DNA of 63,283 nt, counting the filler, from Stramenopiles sp. TOSAG23-3 (Eukaryota), in assembly GCA_900128585.1 (NCBI GenBank). It is 10 parts of 10 records of this genome, joined end to end, with 100 filler letters (N's around TTAATTAATTAA, not from the genome) between each part and the next. Parts side by side here need not be neighbours in the genome. Positions count along the whole stretch, not along the records: positions 44,441 to 50,660 come from LT643359.1; positions 50,761 to 56,976 come from LT643360.1; positions 57,077 to 63,283 come from LT643361.1; 7 more parts are not named here. One strand, given 5' to 3'. Position numbers and translations under genes: made by a program. Position 1 is the stretch's first letter. Each line of letters starts with the position of its first letter. This document shows, in pieces, positions 50,252 through 60,198 of the stretch. The notes under the pieces are model-generated. The model made no database searches. It was not told the origin of the DNA and saw nothing but the letters and a program-made list of their open reading frames with translations.

Positions 50252-50660
50252 TTGGAGTGGTGTGTCGTTTCTACCGTTGTTTGTTTCCAAAAGGCGACGG
50301 GGCGGATAAACAAAAATGGAATCGAAACTGGGTGTAAATATACTTTGCGTGTGTGCTCGTTCTTCAAACGAATTCCATTTTACTAAACTCAACTTCTTCT
50401 TTCGTTGCTTTGTTGATTTCTTTGATAGACGACGACTACAAATACTGCACGCACACACAGAAGACAACACTGGCGGGGAAGAAATTTTTTCTCTCTCCTC
50501 CTCCCCTCCATCCCCCCATCATCCATAATAATACTATTTACCTGTATGTACGGTAGTAGTATTTAGCTCTTAAAAAATAAAAAGCATAATAATAATAATC
50601 GTGCCTCAGACCTCAGAGATAATATAATACCGGTATGTTACATACTTGTATTCATATATT

Positions 50661-50760
50661 NNNNNNNNNNNNNNNNNNNNNNNNNNNNNNNNNNNNNNNN
50701 NNNNTTAATTAATTAANNNNNNNNNNNNNNNNNNNNNNNNNNNNNNNNNNNNNNNNNNNN
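50661..50760. other. Artificial contig linker
   Basis: N44-TTAATTAATTAA-N44. Confidence 0.98.
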
Positions 50761-51218
50761 CAGCTTCGTACGAGGCGAAGGAAGGAAGGGGAAAAGGTTT
50801 AATTAAAATAATCTTATTTTAGGGCTTAGGTAGAACGGAGTATAGGATGAATTCAAAAAAATAGACGACTACTAGCTATTCCATCATCTATAAAAACTAA
50901 GTAATATATCAAGATAGCATCTAGATAGCTATACCATACCGGTATTATAACCTGGCCGAAGGCCGAAGGGCGGCGGGGGGGCGGCGGCGCGGAGGAGAAT
51001 AATAATAATAATTATTATTTTTAAATTGAATTTAAAAATAATATATTATTATTATTAGATTAGGATGGTTTATATACATACAGATGGAAAAGATTCAGGC
51101 ATTTCCGAACGAAGCAAAATATTTAGATTTTTCAGCTGAGAAGGCTAAGCAACGGAACATTTACCAGAGGAATTGTTTGTTTTAATTCTTAACTGTTCAC
51201 GCTGGGGGTTGAACGACC

Positions 51219-52300
51219 ATGAGCGAGCTTCGTCAACGGAAGAAGGGGGGGGGGCGAACAAGAGCCCTGCCAAAGGCAAGCGGTCAAAGAAGACAGTGCT
51301 GTCCCCGTGGGTTCTATACCTTCGGGAGAATTATGCGTTTATTGCGCTGTCGATCCTTGTAACGCTTGTCGCCTGCGGCAAGTTGCTAAGTGAGGAGCAG
51401 GCCAACCAGTTCCAGGCCTTTGCCCATATGCCGTACTACGGGGAGTCGGACGGGCTGTATGGGACAGGGTCAGACGACTTGAAGTTTGTGTTCTCGCTGA
51501 TGTTATCGCTAATGGTTTTGCGCTGGACAATCACGACGCTAGTCTTTAAAAACTTAGCAAACCTTACCGTTCCCGGAATGTCCAAGGGTGCAAAATATAA
51601 GTACACCGACATGGGCTGGCAGCTAGTGTGGTACACCGGGTCGTGGTTGGCAAGCGTATATTTTCTTTACACGCTCACCGGGTTTGACTTGGCCAAGTGC
51701 TTCAACACCCAAAACTATGCGCCGCCCAAAAACCCGCACACGCGGCACTCCTTTTGGTTTAAATTTTATTACCTGACCGAGCTGGCCTTTTGGCTGCAGA
51801 TGATCGTCATTACCCTGATTGAAGAGAAGCGAAAGGATTTCTCCGTGATGATGATGCATCATTTTCTCACCAGCGGCTTGATTGGCTCGTCGTATTACTG
51901 CAACCTCGCATGGTTCGGAACAGCGGTTCTGGCCGAACAAGATTTTGCCGACATCTTCCTCCCCCTTGCAAAACTGTTCAAGTACACCAAGCTCAACACC
52001 TTGGCCGACATAACCTTCGCTCTCTTTGCGGTGGCATGGATTCCTACTCGCCACGGGCTGTTCTTTGTGCTGTACAAGACTGCTGCAGATGCGCCCAATT
52101 ACGTCACAGACGAAAACCCTTACGACCCGTCAAAGGGTGCCTATTTGAGCAGGCGGACTATCGACATTTACTTGGTCGTTCTTGGCCTCTTTCAATGCCT
52201 GCTTCTTATTTGGCTGAAAGATATTCTGATAGCCGTGTACAAGGCGCTGACCTCCAGCGATGGGAACGTGGAAGACCACCGGAGCGATTCCGAAGATTGA
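51219..52300 (+). CDS. Ceramide synthase (Lag1/TLC family), with an apparent frameshift in a G10 run (51245-51254)
   Basis: Lag1 motif RKDFSVMMMHH...QDFADIFLPLAKLFKY and C-terminal EDHRSDSED. ATG at 51219 gives MSELRQRKKGGG, which joins the long frame if one G is added. Confidence 0.88.
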
Positions 52301-52344
52301 GGCAGCGGAGGCACGATGTGTTACGAATGTTTTATTTTAATCAG

Positions 52345-52423
52345 AAATAATCAGCCATTATTTTGTTTTCAACTAAGCGTACGTTATTTTAAAAATAATC
52401 AGCCATTATTTTGTTTTCAACTA
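52345..52423 (-). repeat. 31-bp direct repeat that is a degenerate form of the post-stop element
   Basis: AAATAATCAGCCATTATTTTGTTTTCAACTA at 52345-52375 and 52393-52423. Confidence 0.75.
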
Positions 52424-52517
52424 TGATAAGTTTAGAAATAATTTACCACCTACACACACAGTATCTCTACGTGAATACTTTTTTAATGAATCCGACGCCC
52501 CTGCCGGCACGGACATC

Positions 52518-55500
52518 TTACATGTGGCTTATTTTCTGCACAAAACCCTTCCCCAAGAGCATTATTTCACCCAAGAGTTCTTCCTGATTGGGCACGCATG
52601 TCCCGCTGGTGGCGCTCTTGTTTTTCTTTTTGAATTGGTGGGAGGGGGTAGTGACGCGTGCGGTGCTCACCTTAAAGGGCTGCGGGGCAAATGCCTGCGC
52701 GTTCCATACTATTCCAACTTTATCTCCATGAAGTGCATTCCGAAAAAACAGGGCCAGGTGCCCAAAATGGGAGCGCAGCGTTTCAACGTACTGTGCGAAA
52801 GGGTCAAAACCGAACATCAGCGTCTCTAGAGAATCTTTGGTGATTAGATTTTTGTAAGTTCTCACGCGAAAACGTTTTCCAATGCGCTTGCTGCTGTCCT
52901 CCATCCCTTTGCGCTTTTGCCCCACACTCTGCTTTAGGCGCTTGACCAGCGCGCTTTCGTACGAAAGGCACTCTGGCCTTATCGAAATGACAGCGTCGTA
53001 ATCTTTCAAGGGGCAAGACGAGAAGACTTTCCTCCAGAATTTCCCAGAAGTGATGTTCCCGCTTCCGCGGACAGCCATGTTGTCTTGAATGCTCTTTACT
53101 GCCCCCTTTGCCAGGGTGGTTGCTCTTTTCATGCAGACGGCGTCGATCTGCCCGTTCAATAGCCACGAGGGGACCCATTCCTGCTCCCGGTCGTACGGCG
53201 CAATGACAAAGCAGGGGGTTGTGTCCTTCTTGGCGTTGCCCTTGCTGGCGGCCTGCAAAGTTTCAAACTGTTTTTCTATCCGCAGAACCTCTGCATCAGT
53301 AATTCTCCCGTCCAAGTTGACTATTAACGGCTCAAAGTCCCACGAAAAGGTCGCCAACAAGTCTAAAAACCGAATCAACCCAACAATGGCGGAGACAGGA
53401 GGCTGGTGGGGCCTGCAGGAAGGCTCAAGGAACAAGGACGCGACCATCAGCTCTACCGTTTCGCACGGAAATACGTCCGACAACATCTTCGAGTGCAACC
53501 ATCGCTTTGCTAACCTCGCAACTTGGCCGTACACGCCGTTCTTCATATGCACGTTGTGGATCAAATGGGTGTGAAGCCGCGTCGTCTCCGTCTTCAGGCG
53601 AAGGGCCCGTAGCCTAGTCTCCCCTTCTTTCTGCTCTATGAGGACCCTGTCTTCGTAAATGAATTTTCGCTTGCCGGCAATCACGACAGGGACAGGGGAG
53701 CACGCAATCTTTAGCAACTCTTGCTCTCGGTCGCAGACTAGGTTCAAACGAAACAAGTACCCTTCGAAGGCTACGTCCAGCCACTCCCGGTTGGCAACGC
53801 TTTTGATGTCGAGCTTTCGAAGCGTTTGCCCCAAGTTGCAAAGAAACGCAGTTTTGACCTTCTTGATCGCGCCCAGGTCGTCGGGCCAGCGACCGCTTGT
53901 TTCAATCGTCATTGCAACGTTATACGGGGATACTATTTTTGACGCGACGCCCTCGTCTTCCATCCCAGGTTCAACCCCGCCCAACAGTGGGTGCAGCACA
54001 GGAGGAATTTCGCGGGTGTATCTGCCGCCGGGGCCAGTAAAGTGCAGGCCGGTGACGCGCAAGGGGAGGGTGTCGATGGCCAGGAGGGAAATCGAAAGCT
54101 TGTCCAAGGTCTGCGTCAGCCTTTTAAACATGTCGTCCGGGCTCATCGATGCCCCACCCGGAGTGTCCAGCAGCTGATCCACTTGGTGAGACAGCGTTCG
54201 GATGTTGACGTCCGAATCCATCGTTCCCACGTACGCGGCCATGTGCCTGGCCAGGGCGTACTTCACTACGTCCCCAACAATTCGGTGCTCTCTGCCGCTT
54301 TTGCAAGCCCACAGCACTGCCTCGATAATGGAGCCATCTCGAAATCGACGAAGCTCCGACCGTTTCCCCCAAAAATTGCGAAACTGCTTCGCCTTGGCCG
54401 CGTCGTCTGCTGGCGGACCCTTGTCCAGCGTGCGCCGGAACGTCCCAGGGTTCAACAGCAGAGAAATTACGGCCGACCGGGCCGCAGGCTTTCCGCCGGA
54501 GACATCCCACATGTTCGACTCCCTGCTCGACCACTGCACGCGCACTAGCGTGACCCGGTCCCCGAGCGCTTGTACAAGAATATCGTTCATCAGTTGCAGC
54601 GTCTCTTGGGTCCATGGAGCATGCTCCGCCTCTGCTGGGGGGGAGGCAATGACGTACTGGTCGTACCGCTTCCAGAACCCTAGCGCCGAGCCAAGAAACA
54701 GCGGGTCGAACGAATTGACGGTCGACCCGTGGTCTTTCTTCAAACATTTCTGGGTTAGTTTAGCCTGGTGGCGAAGCTCGTGGTAGGCATCCAGGGACAC
54801 CCGCGAGGCAACGTTCAAGTAACCCGTGGAGTCCAGCAGGACGACGTCGTGGTGCGCTACGTGCGCGGCCAACAGCGCGGCAACACTGTTCGCGTTCGTG
54901 GACCCGTCTACGTTCGGGCTGTCACGAAGTATCATGCCCTCCTTCCCAAAATCGTTTTTAACAATGAAGTTTATGGTCTTGTTGAAGATCTGCTTCGCCG
55001 AGGAGTTTCGGTTCACCTGGTTCATATTGATAAGGTGGGCCACTAACAGAGACATGAGAAATCCATTGAACGAGTCGGGCGCGCCGGTCATTCCCCGTCG
55101 CCGCAGCCATATTTTAAACAGCTGACATGCTTGTATAAAGCCCTTGCTCTGCGACGCCGCTGCGTGCAGTATTTGCAGGTGGCGCTTCAAGTAAGCGTCT
55201 TCTAGGATGGTACAGTTGTACCGTGGGGTTGCTTTTCGCTGCGTCGTTCCTGCAGTGATTTTGTGGGCTTTTAAATTCCCTTTAGTCGGGCCCAGCTTGA
55301 TTTGGTCAAACTCGTCGGCAGCAATGACGGGGAATATTCTGATCTGAAAGCCTTTCGTCCGCTTGTCCTTCGAGTTCAATATCACCACGAGGATGGGCTT
55401 GGTATCGTTCCCTTCCCTGAACCCCCGAATCTTTACCTCGGAAAATGCCTTTTTGTCTTTCAGCAAAGCGTGCGCGATTGCGGACAAGTACAGCAGGCGC

Positions 55501-56300
55501 TTGTCGTGGTACCGGTAATCTAAAAAGTCTTTCGGGACAAAGCAGCTGCTGGGCATCTCGACGGCGACGTCAACGTTCAGACTTGGCTTTACGAGAGTGT
55601 GCAGAAGGTAGCTGCCGACCAGGTCCACCCGGGCGGGCTTCGCGAACGACAGGGTGACGGGCTTTGTGTGGCCATCGTGAAGCTTCCCCAGGCCGGTGCA
55701 CAGCTGCATGCAAGTGCTATCTTTGGTCACTTCTTGCGACGGCATCTTGTCAAACGCGTTTTTCAGGGCAAACAAGCACTGCTCTAAATCCGTCAGCCCG
55801 TCGTAGCTCAGGGACGCCCGCTTCAGGAGCGTCTTCAGTTCTAGCTCGTACATGTTCGCCTTGGCGACTATATCTGCCTGCCGCAGTTGTTGCATTTCGT
55901 CCCTGGTTGGGAGTGCGTACATTTTATCACGACCACTTGATTTTTTTGCCCCGGGTGCACTCTCCTGCTGGACTTTGGGCGCCGCGCCGTTCGCTTTCGA
56001 GTCTGCTTCCAAGTAGTACCCTAAACCGTCGTCATCGTTCTTGAACACATACCCCGCCCTCGGCCCGTCGAAGGAGCTTGAAGGAATAAAAAGCGGCTGT
56101 TCTTCACCCTCATCCCCCGAGTCCGAGTCCGAGTCCGACGACGAGCTGCCCGAAGACGAGCCTTTACTATCACTATCTTCCTGCATCTTTTCAATCGCAA
56201 ACACATTGGCGTCAACGACGGTCTCTTTTGGCACTTCTTCGGCTTGTTCTTCAGCAGGAACGGCCGTCGACCGGCCCGCTTTTCTCTTTTTTCGTGGCAT
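52518..56300 (-). CDS. NOL6: Nucleolar protein 6 / Utp22 (Nrap family)
   Basis: VGSYLL, DVAVEMP, KDFLDYRYHDKRLLYL, TPRYNCTILED, KGPPAD...FRNFWGKRSELRRFRDGSIIEAVLW, SGRWPDDLGAIKKVKTAF. First ATG (MPRKKRK) at 56300. Confidence 0.93.
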   Translation of the reverse strand: MPRKKRKAGRSTAVPAEEQAEEVPKETVVDANVFAIEKMQEDSDSKGSSSGSSSSDSDSDSGDEGEEQPLFIPSSSFDGPRAGYVFKNDDDGLGYYLEADSKANGAAPKVQQESAPGAKKSSGRDKMYALPTRDEMQQLRQADIVAKANMYELELKTLLKRASLSYDGLTDLEQCLFALKNAFDKMPSQEVTKDSTCMQLCTGLGKLHDGHTKPVTLSFAKPARVDLVGSYLLHTLVKPSLNVDVAVEMPSSCFVPKDFLDYRYHDKRLLYLSAIAHALLKDKKAFSEVKIRGFREGNDTKPILVVILNSKDKRTKGFQIRIFPVIAADEFDQIKLGPTKGNLKAHKITAGTTQRKATPRYNCTILEDAYLKRHLQILHAAASQSKGFIQACQLFKIWLRRRGMTGAPDSFNGFLMSLLVAHLINMNQVNRNSSAKQIFNKTINFIVKNDFGKEGMILRDSPNVDGSTNANSVAALLAAHVAHHDVVLLDSTGYLNVASRVSLDAYHELRHQAKLTQKCLKKDHGSTVNSFDPLFLGSALGFWKRYDQYVIASPPAEAEHAPWTQETLQLMNDILVQALGDRVTLVRVQWSSRESNMWDVSGGKPAARSAVISLLLNPGTFRRTLDKGPPADDAAKAKQFRNFWGKRSELRRFRDGSIIEAVLWACKSGREHRIVGDVVKYALARHMAAYVGTMDSDVNIRTLSHQVDQLLDTPGGASMSPDDMFKRLTQTLDKLSISLLAIDTLPLRVTGLHFTGPGGRYTREIPPVLHPLLGGVEPGMEDEGVASKIVSPYNVAMTIETSGRWPDDLGAIKKVKTAFLCNLGQTLRKLDIKSVANREWLDVAFEGYLFRLNLVCDREQELLKIACSPVPVVIAGKRKFIYEDRVLIEQKEGETRLRALRLKTETTRLHTHLIHNVHMKNGVYGQVARLAKRWLHSKMLSDVFPCETVELMVASLFLEPSCRPHQPPVSAIVGLIRFLDLLATFSWDFEPLIVNLDGRITDAEVLRIEKQFETLQAASKGNAKKDTTPCFVIAPYDREQEWVPSWLLNGQIDAVCMKRATTLAKGAVKSIQDNMAVRGSGNITSGKFWRKVFSSCPLKDYDAVISIRPECLSYESALVKRLKQSVGQKRKGMEDSSKRIGKRFRVRTYKNLITKDSLETLMFGFDPFAQYVETLRSHFGHLALFFRNALHGDKVGIVWNAQAFAPQPFKVSTARVTTPSHQFKKKNKSATSGTCVPNQEELLGEIMLLGKGFVQKISHM

Positions 56301-56976
56301 AGGTTGTAGTGAGGAAGGAAGGTAGGAAAGCAACAGGCAAAACACTTGATAGAAAAACAAAAGCAATATTCAACTCATGCCTTGTTATATAAATGAACTT
56401 CAATGCATGTCCTTGGTCTTTCTTTGCTTCTTTTTGTTTTCTCTCTATTGGATTCATAAAATGATTGTAAAATACAAAAAAGATTGCCAATAATATAAAA
56501 TTAAAGTCAAAAAATAATATAATAATAATAATAATCGATGATATAAAAAAATGATGAACGAAGAAGAATGATCACCACATCATCAACAATAATTAATTCC
56601 CTTCTTCTCCTTTGCTCTGTTTATGGTGTGTTGTTGTTGTTATTGGACCTCCTCATCATCTTCTTCTTTTTCTTCTTCTCTTCGCACATTTTTTAATCAT
56701 TTTATTAAACTATGCAAACTGTTCGTAGTTGTTTACTACTACGGCGTATACGATATTTTGATAGCTACATAGAGACTAATAAATTTACTATTATTTCTAT
56801 GTATTAAATTATGGCTAATTATGGCTCTAATTATAATACTCTCGTACTTCATGCTGTGAATATATTATTTTAAACGACAATTGTATATGACATTATATAT
56901 AATAATAGCCTTACAATAAAAATATAAAAATATAGTAGATTCATCGCTCTCATCTCAGCTCCTCTCTGTGCTGTGC

Positions 56977-57076
56977 NNNNNNNNNNNNNNNNNNNNNNNN
57001 NNNNNNNNNNNNNNNNNNNNTTAATTAATTAANNNNNNNNNNNNNNNNNNNNNNNNNNNNNNNNNNNNNNNNNNNN
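56977..57076. other. Artificial contig linker
   Basis: N44-TTAATTAATTAA-N44. Confidence 0.98.
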
Positions 57077-57087
57077 CGGCTACACCA

Positions 57088-59817
57088 GTGGGATCGACCT
57101 TGCGAGTCCGGGTATGGACCTCATTAAACGAAGATTCGACTAACGAAGCGTTTGCGATCGACAATGTTGGAGTTTTCAAAAGCCTTGATGCGTGCGGGCG
57201 GTCGACGTTGATTGTTTCTGCGCTAACGGACACAGTAGTTCCTGGGCGTTGCTACAAATTTGACAACAGAAAAACACAGGTGGGCAGTGAAGGCCCACAC
57301 TATAGCCTTGGATGGAACTGCGGAACAGCCCTTAGGAAATGTCACAAACACAAACAAAAAATTACCGTATGCGGAAATTATTCTCCTCGTGAGACAATGA
57401 GTAGAGCAATTCGCTTGAGAGGAGGGGAGTACAGCTTCCTCGTTGATATATGGCTATCTGGGGAATGGAAAGGGAAGGCAATTACGCTAACAGTAGGTCA
57501 GAAGACATGCCACAAGAACGCTCCAGAGTCTAAGAACGGCCGGAAAATCTGTAAAGATGGTGAACATGTTTTAAGGTTGACGTGCGATTTTACCGTACAA
57601 CAATCAGAGTCGTTGGTTCATTTCGTGGTCCGATCAGCGCAGGCTGACAACAGTCATCGTAAGTTTGGAATGGCAGGTTTTCAAATACTCTTTAAAGGCC
57701 TTCTTTCTGGGAGAGTCTCCCTCCCCAGCGCCAAATACTCCTTGCTACCAGCCAAAAATAATTGCTGCCTCAAAAGTGACGGTTTTATTGCTTTTCACAA
57801 GGGCGTTACAGCCCAGGAAGGCTGCGAAGCGCTTTGCAGTCGCAATTCAAAATGCCACTTCTACAGTTTCACAACTGACCAAAAGTACTGTGTGTTATGC
57901 AAACATTGCCGGGTGCCACAGAGCAGTACCGGGCCGGTCTTGTTTCGCTCGTACGCAAAGAAGGCCACAGATGCCTCTTCTTCCCTTGTCGTCCCAGCAC
58001 CTCCACTGAATTCAATGCCCAAGGCAACCTACAATATCCAAAACGCGACCAAGAAAAATGGGTGGTACGAGTGGAAAAACCCGGTGCCACCAATGGAGCT
58101 GCAGTACAGGTTTAATTTGTTCGGACATGTTAGCGACAAATCTGTGTGTCAGAATTTTACTGCCCGGCTTTTGGGAAGAAGCGTTCACACATTTTTTGCT
58201 CGGCGTTCCCGTAGTTTTGACAATGCGTCATTGCATCTGGGAACAGAGTCGCTGTTCCCTGTACTATACGACGCGCCATCTCGGACGCTGCAGAATGGGG
58301 GGGAATGCTTGGAGGCAACGGGGGAATGGGGGAGGTTTGGCAAGATTGTCTCTGTATTTGCGTGCGCCCCAAACGAACCACAGCAGCAGTGGGCAGTTAA
58401 TGGAACAGTTCGTTTTGCCGCCAATACCAGCCAGTGCCTCTGGCGTGGCATGGACAGGGAAACAACGTACCTTCACAAAGGCAATATTGCCTGTCCTGGG
58501 CATTATTCTAGAGGGTACGATGGAAAGAGGTACTCGCTGTTGGAGTGCCAGGATAAATGCACAGACGAACTGTGGTGCGACTTTGTAGCATTTTCTGGGG
58601 CAGAAGGGGCGTGCTTTCGCTACTGGAACCGGACAGCGTTAAACGTGTCCTCTGTCCAAGGAGCCGAGCATGCAAAGGTTTGCAGATCGTTCAGCGCACC
58701 GTCCATTAAGGGAAGTGGGGAAAGTTACAGCCATTTGGCGGACGGGGCGTGCCCTGGGCATTACTTTCGAGGGTACGATGGGTTCCATGATTCCCTGGCC
58801 GAGTGCCAAAATAAATGCGATGAGGAAGGGAGCCAGTGCAAATACATTGCGTTTGCGCAAGGAAAGGCCTGCTTGCGCTACATTGCCCTCCCTACCGCAA
58901 GCAACAACAACCGTCTGCCATGCAATGGGACTGGGTATTGCAGCACCACAGCAGACTGCTACTCAAACTGCTACCTGGACGATCTCAGTTCACCGTGCAA
59001 AGGTGTTGCCTGCTGCCCCTCGGGCCACTCCAGTCGCTACGATGACCCTGGGTACGGCTTTTACGCCTGCAACAATGACGATTGCCAAAAAATGTGCAAC
59101 CTAATGGGCGTAGCCTCGGAAGGGAATTGTACTGCAAACACTGCCTACGGAATGTACACGCTCCTGCAGAAGCGCCCTTGGAAAACAGTGCAGCTTGAAC
59201 TGGCGCCATGCAATAGCACACCCAAAAACCGATCGATCCTTTACGGCAAGAACGGACTGAATAATGCCATTGTGGCAGTAGGCGATGCACTGGGCACTGA
59301 GCATATTTGGGTTGGGCGCGGGGTGGGGGAGGACCCCGCAAATGTGCCACTGTACACAATTAATGCAACTGCAGGGACGTGCTCCCCAATGAACAGTATT
59401 GACCTTGCGAACAATCAGACGATGAGTGTGTACCCGTTGGTTAAAAACTATTACCGAAAAGGGTTTGTTGTTGAATACACGGGCAAAACACAATTTTGTA
59501 AGGCGTCCGTGCCAAAGCGGTACGACAAGATGCGGACCATTTTTTACTGCAACCCGGGATCCGTTTTCAAGATTTTGAATGTGACAAAAGACGAATGCAT
59601 GCCTACAATCCATGTCGAGGACGAACGGGCGTGCACAACTACTAGAATCGCGGAAAAAGGCGTTTGCGAAAGGCCAGAGGAGGCAAACACGGCTACCCCT
59701 AACCAACCAACCGTCTACCACAATGAACAGTGCCATCAGAGTAATGCTGGTCGGTGTACAGCGGGCATCGTGGTGCTCTTTGCCTCACATGTCTGGTTAG
59801 CATTTCAGCTTTTGTAA
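57088..59817 (+). CDS. Extracellular Cys-rich multidomain protein: PAN/apple-like repeats, ricin-B-like segment, MRH-like domain, hydrophobic C-tail (5'-partial)
   Basis: PAN-like CEALCSRNSKCHFYSF, ECQDKC...CDFVAF, ECQNKC...CKYIAF; ricin-like CLEA...ACAPNEPQQQW; MRH-like RTIFYC...ILNV...EC...ERAC; terminal hydrophobic stretch. Confidence 0.7.
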   Translation: MGSTLRVRVWTSLNEDSTNEAFAIDNVGVFKSLDACGRSTLIVSALTDTVVPGRCYKFDNRKTQVGSEGPHYSLGWNCGTALRKCHKHKQKITVCGNYSPRETMSRAIRLRGGEYSFLVDIWLSGEWKGKAITLTVGQKTCHKNAPESKNGRKICKDGEHVLRLTCDFTVQQSESLVHFVVRSAQADNSHRKFGMAGFQILFKGLLSGRVSLPSAKYSLLPAKNNCCLKSDGFIAFHKGVTAQEGCEALCSRNSKCHFYSFTTDQKYCVLCKHCRVPQSSTGPVLFRSYAKKATDASSSLVVPAPPLNSMPKATYNIQNATKKNGWYEWKNPVPPMELQYRFNLFGHVSDKSVCQNFTARLLGRSVHTFFARRSRSFDNASLHLGTESLFPVLYDAPSRTLQNGGECLEATGEWGRFGKIVSVFACAPNEPQQQWAVNGTVRFAANTSQCLWRGMDRETTYLHKGNIACPGHYSRGYDGKRYSLLECQDKCTDELWCDFVAFSGAEGACFRYWNRTALNVSSVQGAEHAKVCRSFSAPSIKGSGESYSHLADGACPGHYFRGYDGFHDSLAECQNKCDEEGSQCKYIAFAQGKACLRYIALPTASNNNRLPCNGTGYCSTTADCYSNCYLDDLSSPCKGVACCPSGHSSRYDDPGYGFYACNNDDCQKMCNLMGVASEGNCTANTAYGMYTLLQKRPWKTVQLELAPCNSTPKNRSILYGKNGLNNAIVAVGDALGTEHIWVGRGVGEDPANVPLYTINATAGTCSPMNSIDLANNQTMSVYPLVKNYYRKGFVVEYTGKTQFCKASVPKRYDKMRTIFYCNPGSVFKILNVTKDECMPTIHVEDERACTTTRIAEKGVCERPEEANTATPNQPTVYHNEQCHQSNAGRCTAGIVVLFASHVWLAFQLL

Positions 59818-59851
59818 AAAGCAAAAAACAAAAGCTTTAAATTTTAAAAAC

Positions 59852-59882
59852 AAACAAAAAAAATTGGCTGTTGTTGTTATTT
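59852..59882 (+). terminator. Post-stop element, degenerate copy
   Basis: AAACAAAAAAAATTGGCTGTTGTTGTTATTT, ~35 bp after the stop at 59817. Confidence 0.4.
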
Positions 59883-60095
59883 ATTAATATAAGTAATTAA
59901 AATTTAGCTTTCTCATACCCTAATCCTAACTTCAGTGAATCAGCGCCTTTTGTCCATTAAAGGTTTACATGTTTACATTTTACATTCCCCTTCAAGCAGA
60001 ACTTATCTTTGCTCTTGTTGTGGGTTGTGGTTTAACTGATCAATCTTGTTGAAATACAACATTTTTTGTTTAATATAATCTCCTAGAAATTTTAA

Positions 60096-60126
60096 TTACT
60101 CTAAATAACAGAGCCAATTTGTGTTT
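60096..60126 (-). terminator. Post-stop element, degenerate copy
   Basis: TTACTCTAAATAACAGAGCCAATTTGTGTTT, ~70 bp after the minus-strand stop at 60199. Confidence 0.4.
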
Positions 60127-60198
60127 TTATTTTTTAAACCACATGTTTCAATGTGATGTTGAACCATTCAAACTTAATTTGATGTTAACCCATTCAGA

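Noticed and set aside
50953-50995. GC-rich GGCCGAAGGCCGAAGGGCGGCGGG island in an AT-rich spacer
   Set aside because: Single occurrence with no convincing structure or family assignment.
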